DNA of 35,431 nucleotides from Minisyncoccota bacterium (GCA_043728995.1 JAYTLZ010000023.1:1-35431), one strand, 5' to 3'; shown: positions 18,456 through 26,716, counted from the first letter of the stretch. Made by a program: numbers and translations. The notes: generated by a model from the sequence alone, not told the origin.

Positions 18456-19856
18456 ATGGAACGAACATATATCAAAGACCTGAAGGAACATGTCGGAAGC
18501 GAGGTAACCATCAAGGGGTGGATCGACGTCAGGCGTGACCAGGGCAAGCTCATCTTTCTGGACTTTCGGGACATGACCGGCAAGGTGCAGGGAGTTATTC
18601 TGCCTGGAGCAGACCAGGCACATGAGGTCGGATCACAGGTGCGACCCGAGTGGGTTGTCGAGGTGAAGGGAAAGGTAAACCCGCGACCGGAGCGAAACGT
18701 GCAGGCGGACAAAATGAACGGAGACATCGAGCTCGAGATTCTTTCCGTTGCAGTACTCAATACGGCAGAGACTCCTCCTTTTAATATAGACGAGGACGGA
18801 AAGGACATCGGAGAGGAGACACGACTCAAGTACCGATACGTCGACCTCAGGCGAGACCGCATGCAGAAGAACATTCGCATGAGGCACAAGGCGATGCAGT
18901 TCGTACGGGAATTCTTCACCAAGGAAATGTTCACCGAGATCGAGACTCCGTACATGACCAAGTCCACACCAGAAGGATCACGAGACTACGTCGTGCCTTC
19001 GCGAATTTACCAGGGGAAGTTCTACGCGCTTCCGCAGTCTCCGCAGCAGTACAAGCAGCTTCTGATGTCCGCAGGATTTGAGAAGTACTTCCAGATCGCG
19101 CGATGCTTCCGAGACGAGGACACGCGAGGGGACAGGCAGCCGGAGTTCACACAGGTCGACCTCGAGATGAGTTTCGTAACGCAGGAGGACGTGATGGCCG
19201 TGAACGAGAAGATGCTGATCGAGATGGTGCAGACTCTGTATCCGGAGAAAAGGATCCAGCAGATTCCTTTCCCGCGAATCTCATACGCGGAAGCGATGGA
19301 GAAGTACGGAAACGACAAGCCGGATATTCGAGAGGACAAGGAGGATGCGAATCTCTTGGCGTTCTGCTGGGTGATCGACTTTCCATTCTTTGAGAAGACT
19401 GATACCGGAGCATGGACGTTTACGCATAATCCGTTCTCCGCACCAAAGCCGGAGTTCATGGAGGACCTGCGTGCAGAAAGTAATATCGAGGGAATCGTAG
19501 CAGCGCAGTACGACATCGCGCTGAACGGATACGAGATCGGAGGAGGAGGAATCCGAAACCACAATCCTGAGGATCTCAAGAAGGTGTTTAAGATCATGGG
19601 ATACTCTGACGAGCGCATCGAGTCCAACTTCGGACACATGCTGACCGCGCTTGCGTCAGGTACGCCGCCACATGGAGGAATCGCGTTCGGGTTCGACCGA
19701 CTGATGATGCTTCTGCAGAACGAGCCGAACATCCGCGAGACGATTGCCTTCGCCAAGACAGGTGAGGGTAGGGATCCGATGATGGAATCTCCGTCCGAGA
19801 TTGCTGATACGCAGCTTCAGGAGCTCGGGATTATCATCAAGAAGCCGCTAAAATAG
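18456..19856 (+). CDS. aspS: Aspartate--tRNA ligase, bacterial type, lacking the GAD insertion domain
   Basis: OB fold RRDQGKLIFLDFRD, RLKYRYVDLRR, LPQSPQQYKQ, CFRDED..RQPEFTQVD, PPHGGIAFGFDR. Confidence 0.96.
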   Translation: MERTYIKDLKEHVGSEVTIKGWIDVRRDQGKLIFLDFRDMTGKVQGVILPGADQAHEVGSQVRPEWVVEVKGKVNPRPERNVQADKMNGDIELEILSVAVLNTAETPPFNIDEDGKDIGEETRLKYRYVDLRRDRMQKNIRMRHKAMQFVREFFTKEMFTEIETPYMTKSTPEGSRDYVVPSRIYQGKFYALPQSPQQYKQLLMSAGFEKYFQIARCFRDEDTRGDRQPEFTQVDLEMSFVTQEDVMAVNEKMLIEMVQTLYPEKRIQQIPFPRISYAEAMEKYGNDKPDIREDKEDANLLAFCWVIDFPFFEKTDTGAWTFTHNPFSAPKPEFMEDLRAESNIEGIVAAQYDIALNGYEIGGGGIRNHNPEDLKKVFKIMGYSDERIESNFGHMLTALASGTPPHGGIAFGFDRLMMLLQNEPNIRETIAFAKTGEGRDPMMESPSEIADTQLQELGIIIKKPLK

Positions 19857-19880
19857 CCTTATTCTAAAAGGCACGAAGAA

Positions 19881-19910
19881 CGGAGGGCCCATAGGCCCTC
19901 CGCCCTTTTG
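19881..19910 (+). terminator. Terminator after aspS
   Basis: CGGAGGGCC-CATA-GGCCCTCCG then CCCTTTT. Confidence 0.7.
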
Positions 19911-19912
19911 TA

Positions 19913-19941
19913 TTGACAAATATGTATAAATATGCTATTAT
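19913..19941 (+). promoter_or_regulatory. Near-consensus sigma70 promoter
   Basis: TTGACA-17 nt-TATTAT with TG extension. Confidence 0.8.
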
Positions 19942-20008
19942 ATCGCTCGAATGAGATTTGCCCTTTGACATCTCCTTCTCAAACCACAACAAAACGAAGA
20001 ACGAAAAC

Positions 20009-20836
20009 ATGAAACGCATCTTGAGCCTCCTCAGTCTTTTGCTCACCCTGTGCTGCGGCCTCACGGTCAACGCGCAGACACCCGCCGCCCTCGAGAGCGC
20101 AGCCGCGCTCTTGCAGGTCAGGCAGGTTGAAATCACAGCATACACCTTCGACAAGAAGGGACGGTACGTCGAACACGATCATCTCTATGGTGACGTGTTC
20201 AATCCGACGTCCGTCCAGGACGTAATCTATCAGATCCGGATGTTGGACAGTCTCCGCTTCAAGCTGAAGAACCCCGGTGCCACCGAGGTCTTCATCGAAG
20301 CGGTGCTGTCCGACGAGTCTGGCTGGGCACTGTTCCAATCGGACACGTCGTTCATGGCCGAGAAAAATGGAAAGAACTATGAGATCCCATGGCATGCCAC
20401 GGAACTCCACTTCACGTCCTACCCGGGCTGGAGCTACGGAGTCTATCCCATTGATGACAAGAAAAAGTTCGTCGCACCGGGGAAGCCGATCAATGTCGAA
20501 CTCACGTTCGACTGGATCACATTCGCCGACATTCGCGAAGTCCAACCGGACAATCACGGGTTCGTCGACTGCTGGCTTTCGCCCGAATGGGACAACAATC
20601 CCGCAATCGAAACGAGCATTCATGATGACGGCGAGGTCCAACTCTGGGCGCGTTCCGCTTATGGTTTTAAACCCGAGTCGGTTTACGTCTTCGAACTACA
20701 ATCTGACGGCGAGGGTGTCGTGATCGAACTGGAATACGTGGATGAAATGATTCTTACCGGAAATCCCGGCGATCAACTCATCATTTTCTTTGATTTCGAC
20801 ATGGACCTGCCGAGCTACGACGGTGGTAAGGGTTAA
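20009..20836 (+). CDS. Secreted orphan protein (acidic, beta-rich, ends GGKG)
   Basis: Signal peptide MKRILSLLSLLLTLCCGLTVNA-Q from ATG 20009; own promoter and terminator. Confidence 0.75.
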   Translation: MKRILSLLSLLLTLCCGLTVNAQTPAALESAAALLQVRQVEITAYTFDKKGRYVEHDHLYGDVFNPTSVQDVIYQIRMLDSLRFKLKNPGATEVFIEAVLSDESGWALFQSDTSFMAEKNGKNYEIPWHATELHFTSYPGWSYGVYPIDDKKKFVAPGKPINVELTFDWITFADIREVQPDNHGFVDCWLSPEWDNNPAIETSIHDDGEVQLWARSAYGFKPESVYVFELQSDGEGVVIELEYVDEMILTGNPGDQLIIFFDFDMDLPSYDGGKG

Positions 20837-20854
20837 CACCCAGAAGGAGATTTG

Positions 20855-20894
20855 GCCCCTGCTGCGCACACCACGTAGCAGGGGCTTTCTTTTT
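20855..20894 (+). terminator. Terminator
   Basis: GCCCCTGCTGCG-CACACCA-CGTAGCAGGGGC-TTTCTTTTT. Confidence 0.8.
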
Positions 20895-20955
20895 CCATAA
20901 GCAGGGCAGGGTAACTTGCTTTTTATACAAAATATGGTATGATATATACCAGAAC

Positions 20956-21228
20956 ATGAAACGCTCCAATCCATCACAGAGGGGTCTCCAGGACCTTCCA
21001 CTCTTTGCGCAATCAGCTACACGGACTCTGCCGAGGCCCATGGTCGTCGAGACTCCAGTTCAGGAAACCGAACAGGAATGTCCGCATGCGGACCTCGGCT
21101 ATCCGTGTCGGTGCAAGAAGCATCGCGCGCAGGAGTTGGACGCCCTCGGGCCTCCTTATCGGCACGTACGGAAACCAGTACTTTCCAGGCATGATATCCA
21201 CGATATCCTGTCTAGCGACAAGTACTGA
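20956..21228 (+). CDS. Small hypothetical protein with C-x-H...C-x-C-x-x-H cluster
   Basis: CPHADLGYPCRCKKH; TGGTATGAT upstream; hairpin 21239-21270 downstream. Confidence 0.5.
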   Translation: MKRSNPSQRGLQDLPLFAQSATRTLPRPMVVETPVQETEQECPHADLGYPCRCKKHRAQELDALGPPYRHVRKPVLSRHDIHDILSSDKY

Positions 21229-21324
21229 TTCCACCATCACACTCCCATTGAGCTTCGGCTCTGGGGGTGTTTGATTTTGGGTCGAACTTTGTGACCAGCT
21301 TAGGTTAGTATATAATACTGTCAC

Positions 21325-21996
21325 GTGCCAATCTATAAAAAGATTAACAAGGACTTCTTTAAGAAGTGGACCAAGGACATGTCCTATGTTCTGGGATTTC
21401 TATATGCGGATGGCAACATTATCAAAAACAAGAGAGGTGCACATTTTATATCACTGTACTCTGCCGACTTTGATTTGTTAGAAAAGATGCGTGACGCAAT
21501 GGGATCAGATCATAAGATCTCAAACAGAAAAGGTCTGGATTCTAATAATCATTCGATTCAGATAGGCAGTAAGGAAATGTATGAAGATCTGATAGTTCTG
21601 GAATTGAGGCAAAACAAAACTCTTAGAATGCAACTTCCTCTTATTCCTGATAAATTCTTCAGCTCCTTTCTCAGAGGATATTTTGATGGTGATGGGAACG
21701 TATGGGTGGGTCAGATACACAAGGAAAGAAAGACAAGTCATCTTGCAATACGGACGGTCTTTACCTCATGTTCCAAGGAATTTCTAATTTCTCTGAATGA
21801 AAATATTTATAAACTATCGGGACAAAAGGGATCTGTTACAAAAGGAAAGGGTAATTATTACAGGCTTACATTCAGCATAAAAGGCTCTTTCCAATTGTAT
21901 GAAATGATGTATAATGGCGTCCAGTCATCTTTGTTTTTGAACAGAAAAAAGACGAAGTTTGATGAGTATTTTACAGATAGACACATGCAGGTGTAG
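21325..21996 (+). CDS. Free-standing two-motif LAGLIDADG homing endonuclease; stop codon inside tRNA-Asp
   Basis: Motif 1 YVLGFLYADGN, motif 2 FLRGYFDGDGN; AT-rich; GTG start 8 nt after TATAAT (21311-21316). Confidence 0.9.
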   Translation: MPIYKKINKDFFKKWTKDMSYVLGFLYADGNIIKNKRGAHFISLYSADFDLLEKMRDAMGSDHKISNRKGLDSNNHSIQIGSKEMYEDLIVLELRQNKTLRMQLPLIPDKFFSSFLRGYFDGDGNVWVGQIHKERKTSHLAIRTVFTSCSKEFLISLNENIYKLSGQKGSVTKGKGNYYRLTFSIKGSFQLYEMMYNGVQSSLFLNRKKTKFDEYFTDRHMQV

Positions 21997-22295
21997 CTCA
22001 GCTGGTTAGAGCGTCCGCCTGTCGAGTGGCAGCTTCCGGTACGAAAGTCCGGTCGAACAATAAGGTGAATTGCTGGAAACCCTCCTCAAAAATGAAAGGG
22101 CAATCAGCAGCCAAGCTTCGGAGCGATCCGTTGAAGGTTCAGAGACTATCCCTTCGGGGAGTAGCCTGCGAAAGCAGTCGAAGCGCCTTACGCCTAAAGT
22201 CAGAAATGACCACGGTGATGATATAGTCCATACCATTATGTAAATTTTGGATTAATGCACGCGGAAGGTCGTGGGTTCGAGTCCCATCACTTGCG
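21987..22295 (+). tRNA. tRNA-Asp(GTC), intron-containing (exon 1 21987-22022, exon 2 22258-22295)
   Basis: GCAGGTG/CACTTGC acceptor, G73; spliced anticodon arm TCCGC-CTGT|CAC-GCGGA; GTGGG-TTCGAGT-CCCAT. Confidence 0.93.
22023..22257 (+). ncRNA. Group I self-splicing intron, 235 nt, ORF-less, IA-like (P7.1/P7.2), inserted at tRNA position 35/36
   Basis: Exon ends in U and intron ends in G; P1 CTGT|C:GGCAG with U.G wobble; P3 TAAGGTG/CGCCTTA; P AATTGCTGGAAA; Q AATCAGCAG; R TTCAGAGACTAT; S GATATAGTCC. Confidence 0.93.
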
Positions 22296-22299
22296 CAAC

Positions 22300-22342
22300 A
22301 AAAGGAAAGACCCAATAGCGAAAGCGTTGGGTCTTTCCTTTT
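22300..22342 (+). terminator. Terminator after tRNA-Asp
   Basis: AAAAGGAAAGACCCAA...TTGGGTCTTTCCTTTT with GC-GAAA-GC cap. Confidence 0.85.
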
Positions 22343-22367
22343 CCACCCTGTAGAGTACTATAAAACA

Positions 22368-23420
22368 ATGACCCAGCTATTCACCGAATATCCAAAGGCA
22401 TGGCAGGCAATGCTCGACGACTGCAAGGCTGCACAGGAATATATCTACTTCGAGCAGTTTATCTGGAAGAACTTTGACGAGGGGGAGATCGGCGCACGGT
22501 TCCTGGAGGTCTTCAAGCAGAAGGTCGCAGAAGGCGTAAAGGTCCGACTGATTATCGACACGGTCGGAAGTATCGGTCTCTACACGAGCCCACTTAAGCA
22601 GAAGGAAATTACTGATACGGGAATCGAGCTGCAGTTCTTCGGACTTGTGCCGCGATGGAGGTCACTCTTCCCGTTCAATCTCATTCATCGGGACCATCGC
22701 AAGATCCTTATCATCGATGACAAGATTTCGCATGTCGGAGGTGTGATTGTTAGTCAGGAGGCGAGCGACTGGGAAGACATCAACGCGCGGATCACTGATG
22801 TCGAGTACGTCCATGACATCAAAGGGGCATTCCTGCGCATGTGGGATGAGGTTGCTGGAACCAAGGATAACGAAGGATCCTACGATCTAAACACCGACTA
22901 CCTGCTCAAGAACAACCCCGAGCACAACGACTTGTACAACGAAATTCTGCACCGCATCAGGCATGCGCAAAAGAAGATCAGCATCGTCACGCCCTACATT
23001 TCTCCTGACTGGAAGATCATGCGAGCTCTCAAGAAGGCGCGCAAGCGAGGACTGCTCGTTGAGATCATTCTTCCGGAAAAGTGCGACTCTAAACTGACCG
23101 CCATGGTAGCGCAGTCATACTTGCGGCAGCTCTACCGCTACAAGATTGACGTATACCATTACCAGAACTGTATGAACCATGGCAAGATGGTCATTATCGA
23201 CGACTGGGTGACGCTGGGCAGCATGAACTTTGATCGCCTGAGCTTTTTCTACAACAGGGAACTGAACGTCGTGTTCCAAAAGGACCAACAGCAGTACGAG
23301 GAGCTGGTAAGCAAGCTCAAATCCTGCAGCAACAAGGTTGACCGCTCGTACTTCACAGGCAAGGGCCTCATGTTCGAACTCCAGTCACTCATCGGAAGAC
23401 TGCTGAGACCGATTGCGTAG
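22368..23420 (+). CDS. Phospholipase D / cardiolipin synthase-like protein (ClsB-like, no N-terminal TM)
   Basis: Two HKD motifs HRKILIIDD and HGKMVIIDD, TPY, GSMNFD. Confidence 0.9.
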   Translation: MTQLFTEYPKAWQAMLDDCKAAQEYIYFEQFIWKNFDEGEIGARFLEVFKQKVAEGVKVRLIIDTVGSIGLYTSPLKQKEITDTGIELQFFGLVPRWRSLFPFNLIHRDHRKILIIDDKISHVGGVIVSQEASDWEDINARITDVEYVHDIKGAFLRMWDEVAGTKDNEGSYDLNTDYLLKNNPEHNDLYNEILHRIRHAQKKISIVTPYISPDWKIMRALKKARKRGLLVEIILPEKCDSKLTAMVAQSYLRQLYRYKIDVYHYQNCMNHGKMVIIDDWVTLGSMNFDRLSFFYNRELNVVFQKDQQQYEELVSKLKSCSNKVDRSYFTGKGLMFELQSLIGRLLRPIA

Positions 23421-23492
23421 CTTCTCACGATGGGCATATTGGAAGGATGTTGGCGGCCTACGACAGTGATATACTTATCCCATATCAATAAT

Positions 23493-24284
23493 ATGACAAA
23501 ACGTATGGCACAGAGACTTGCTTTTAAAAAAATTCTGACAGTATTGTTTTTACTCAGTCTATCCGTCGGAGTGCGGCCTGCGGACGCATGTAGCGTCATG
23601 GAGGGATATCCAGGAACTCCACAAGAGAACTATAATCGCAATGATGTGGTATTTGTCGGGAAGGTTACTTCGTTTATGGAAGACGAAGGTGACGATTTTG
23701 AGGGTCCCAAAATTCAGTTCGAGCTATCCAAGGTATACAAGGGAGATTTTGACAATGCGGTTGTCGTGACGACTGCGGGTAGCTCAGCGGCATGCGGATA
23801 CGATGACGTGGCGGGAACCTTTACGAAGGGAAGTGTCTGGGCGATCTATGCGGACAAAGAACTGAGGACCTCGAGCATTGTTGCCAACAAGAAGTATGCA
23901 ACAGAGAAGGAGGCACTTGCCGAGCTGGACGCACTTGAGGGTCCAAAGTACTGCACGATGCAGTACGCTCCCGTCTGCGGACGAAAGGACACGGGCGTTC
24001 GCTGCGTGACGACTCCCTGCGATTCAAGTGACGACGTTACCTACGGAAACCTTTGTGCCATGAATGTCGACAAGGCGGAGTTCCTATATGACGGGGAATG
24101 TCGAGAAGAGGGTTCTGGAACAGTGACCCCTCCTGGCACTAATCCGGGATCAGGTACGGTCGTTCTGCCTACTGCTACGTCAGTGGACGAGGTGATAATC
24201 GACGTGCCTACCTCCGAGGAGTTTGCCTCAGGATGGAAGAGGTTTTGGGAAGGACTCAAGAAGGTGATATTTTTCTGGAGGTAG
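23493..24284 (+). CDS. Secreted TIMP/NTR-like + Kazal-type domain protein
   Basis: Signal peptide ending ADA-CS; VVFVGKV...VYKG...GSSAACG; Kazal CTMQYAPVCG...TYGNLC...GEC; start at 23493 or 23505. Confidence 0.75.
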   Translation: MTKRMAQRLAFKKILTVLFLLSLSVGVRPADACSVMEGYPGTPQENYNRNDVVFVGKVTSFMEDEGDDFEGPKIQFELSKVYKGDFDNAVVVTTAGSSAACGYDDVAGTFTKGSVWAIYADKELRTSSIVANKKYATEKEALAELDALEGPKYCTMQYAPVCGRKDTGVRCVTTPCDSSDDVTYGNLCAMNVDKAEFLYDGECREEGSGTVTPPGTNPGSGTVVLPTATSVDEVIIDVPTSEEFASGWKRFWEGLKKVIFFWR

Positions 24285-24302
24285 ATACACTAACACATTC
24301 GG

Positions 24303-25316
24303 ATGAAAAAACATTTTAAAAAATATCTCGTCCCACATGAGGACAACGACCACCAACCGCACTTGCTGCGGGATAATTCGACACGCAAGCTGATTGCGAC
24401 CATCTGCGCGATTGAGCTCGTGATCCTGGTTCTGATACTGCCCACGCGTCCTGACGTTCTGACAGAGAAGATCAATAACTTGGCAGCTATCTTTCCTTCC
24501 GTTCTGGTGGAAAAGGCGAACAAGACGCGAACGAGCGTTGCCATGAGCGAGCTTGCGATCAGTGACGAGCTCGTGTACGCTGCGCAGCTCAAGGCGAACG
24601 ACATGGCCCAAAAGGGTTACTTTGCACACAACAGTCCGGACGGGAAGACTCCCTGGGACTGGCTGAACGCTGCAGGATACAAGTATCAGACTGCCGGAGA
24701 GAACCTGGCGGTAAATTTTGTCGATTCGACCGACGTTCATAACGCATGGCTCAACAGCCCGACTCACCGTGCGAACATCGTGCGTGACGGATTTACCGAG
24801 ATCGGAATCGCGACTGCCGAGGGAACGTACAAGGGAGAGAGGGCTGTGTTTGTCGCGCAGTTTTTCGGAACACCATCCGCCAGAATCGACAGGTTCGCTG
24901 AGGGAGGCACGACGCAGGGATCGGTCGCGGTCACGGATCTGACACCTGCGATTTCACAATCAACTAGCACCGCGTCTACGACGACTGAAGTTCTTGGAGC
25001 TGAGATAGAGACTGTCGAACAGAGTTTCGCTACCACTTCTATTGCCGAGCCAGCAATTCCAGTCGTTCCTGACAATATGGTGACAAGCACAACGACATTG
25101 ATTGCCAAAGTACTGTCGTCACCCAAGACCATGCTCGGACTCGTGCTTCTTGCTCTGGGTGGCTTGATTACGCTCGCGATTATTCTAAAGGTGTGCGTGA
25201 GGCGAAACATCCAATATCCGAAACTTGTCGCGAATGGAATTATCGTGCTGCTGCTTATCCTGTTGTTTACCGTCCTTAATCAGTACGTGATCACGCTGTT
25301 TGCGGAGATCACCTAG
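24303..25316 (+). CDS. CAP (SCP) domain membrane protein
   Basis: AAQLKANDM..KGYFAHNSP, AGENLA, WLNSPTHRANI, EIGIA; two C-terminal TM helices. Confidence 0.92.
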   Translation: MKKHFKKYLVPHEDNDHQPHLLRDNSTRKLIATICAIELVILVLILPTRPDVLTEKINNLAAIFPSVLVEKANKTRTSVAMSELAISDELVYAAQLKANDMAQKGYFAHNSPDGKTPWDWLNAAGYKYQTAGENLAVNFVDSTDVHNAWLNSPTHRANIVRDGFTEIGIATAEGTYKGERAVFVAQFFGTPSARIDRFAEGGTTQGSVAVTDLTPAISQSTSTASTTTEVLGAEIETVEQSFATTSIAEPAIPVVPDNMVTSTTTLIAKVLSSPKTMLGLVLLALGGLITLAIILKVCVRRNIQYPKLVANGIIVLLLILLFTVLNQYVITLFAEIT

Positions 25317-25330
25317 TGAGCGTGGAGTAC

Positions 25331-25368
25331 AAAAAGAAAGGGCCGCGCTTTGCGCGGCCCTTTCTTTT
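25331..25368. terminator. Bidirectional terminator
   Basis: AAAAGAAAGGGCCGCGC-TTT-GCGCGGCCCTTTCTTTT between convergent genes. Confidence 0.85.
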
Positions 25369-25585
25369 ACAATTTCTCGATTTCCTTTAGGTCTCCATCC
25401 GGCACATAGAGCAGTATCAGTCCAATAATAATTCCAAGGAGGGCGGTCTCAATGTGCGAGTTTGCGAACACGAGCGCGTCAACCTCATCAAGCACGTACC
25501 AGACACCTCGCCAGATCATGACGAGTGCCACGACGACGGTTATGTTTTTTGCAAAGTACTGGAGTACGTTTTTTCTTTTCTTCAT
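25367..25585 (-). CDS. Small two-TM membrane protein (WRGVW motif)
   Basis: VMIWRGVWYVLD; TGCTACAAT 7 nt before ATG on the minus strand. Confidence 0.75.
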   Translation of the reverse strand: MKKRKNVLQYFAKNITVVVALVMIWRGVWYVLDEVDALVFANSHIETALLGIIIGLILLYVPDGDLKEIEKL

Positions 25586-25608
25586 CCGTGTTATTGTAGC
25601 ATGTGATT

Positions 25609-26694
25609 ATGATAAAGAAACTCACATACCTTATCTTGCTTGCGTGTATGTTCATTCCTACTTTTGCGCACGCGCAGTCCGAAGCTTCCAAGGCAAAGGT
25701 AATTGACGTGATCACGTCGGAGCAGGTAGAGCTGGAGGGACTTTCTATTACCACTACCGTTCAGACGATCAACGTACTTTTTGTTGACGGACCACATGCC
25801 GGGACGCAGAAAACATTCGTGCAGGACAAGTTTGTCGTCGAGGAAGGAGAAACAGTGTTCGTGCAGGAAACGGAAGACGGTAAGTTCCAGCTGTTGGAAA
25901 AGGACAGAACCCAGATGATCCTCTGGACGCTTGCTCTCTTTCTTGCACTGATCGTGCTTCTTAACGGAAAGCAGGGGGTAAAGTCCATCCTCGGACTCGC
26001 CCTCAGCTTTGCCGTAATCATCTTTATCATGCTTCCTCTGGTACTCAAGGGATTCAACCCGCTCATTGTCTCCGTATTTGTGGGTGCGGCGGTGCTTTCG
26101 GCTGTACTCTTTTTGTCCCACGGATATAACAGGGGATCCGTCATTGCGCTCCTGGGAACTCTCGGGGCGATCGTATGCGCCGGGGCACTGTCATTTGCCG
26201 TCTCATACTGGATGAAACTGACCGGGCTCGGAAGTGACGAGGCACTGAGCGCGATGGTCGCTACTAAGGGTGTGATCGATTTCTCTGATTTGCTGCTGGC
26301 AGGAATAATAGTCGGAATGCTTGGGGTGCTGGACGACATTGCCATCACGCAGGTCGCGGTCGTCGGCGAGATAAAGAGAGCCGACCCAACGCTGCCGGTT
26401 CGCGAGATATTTACGCGGGCGTTACGAGTGGGGAAGGAGCACGTCAGCGCGCTCGTGAACACGCTTGTCCTCGCATATACCGGAGCATCGTTTCCACTTC
26501 TGATTCTGCTCTACAACTCCGATGTTCGATTTGATCTGCTGGTGAGCCAGGAGATTGTTTCTGCCGAAATAGTACGGACCCTTGTCGGCTCGATCGGCTT
26601 GATTGTTGCCGTGCCACTCACGACATATCTCGCCGCCAAGTATCTTTCCAAAGATGACCACGTGCACGGAGCGCATTGCGGACACTCGCATTGA
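25609..26694 (+). CDS. YibE/F family membrane protein
   Basis: GVLDDIAITQ, VNTLVLAYTG, EIVRTLVGSIGL..AVPLTT; His-rich tail; start 25609 (track GTG 25603). Confidence 0.9.
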   Translation: MIKKLTYLILLACMFIPTFAHAQSEASKAKVIDVITSEQVELEGLSITTTVQTINVLFVDGPHAGTQKTFVQDKFVVEEGETVFVQETEDGKFQLLEKDRTQMILWTLALFLALIVLLNGKQGVKSILGLALSFAVIIFIMLPLVLKGFNPLIVSVFVGAAVLSAVLFLSHGYNRGSVIALLGTLGAIVCAGALSFAVSYWMKLTGLGSDEALSAMVATKGVIDFSDLLLAGIIVGMLGVLDDIAITQVAVVGEIKRADPTLPVREIFTRALRVGKEHVSALVNTLVLAYTGASFPLLILLYNSDVRFDLLVSQEIVSAEIVRTLVGSIGLIVAVPLTTYLAAKYLSKDDHVHGAHCGHSH

Positions 26695-26716
26695 TGCGTG
26701 ATGTACAATATATGGC

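Noticed and set aside
18344-18538. 64-aa ORF upstream of aspS as a leader peptide
   Set aside because: It starts inside the tRNA T-arm, overlaps aspS out of frame, and shows no attenuator features.
22006-22236. ORFs 22026-22226 (+) and 22006-22236 (-) as intron-encoded proteins
   Set aside because: They run across the ribozyme core and have no endonuclease motif.
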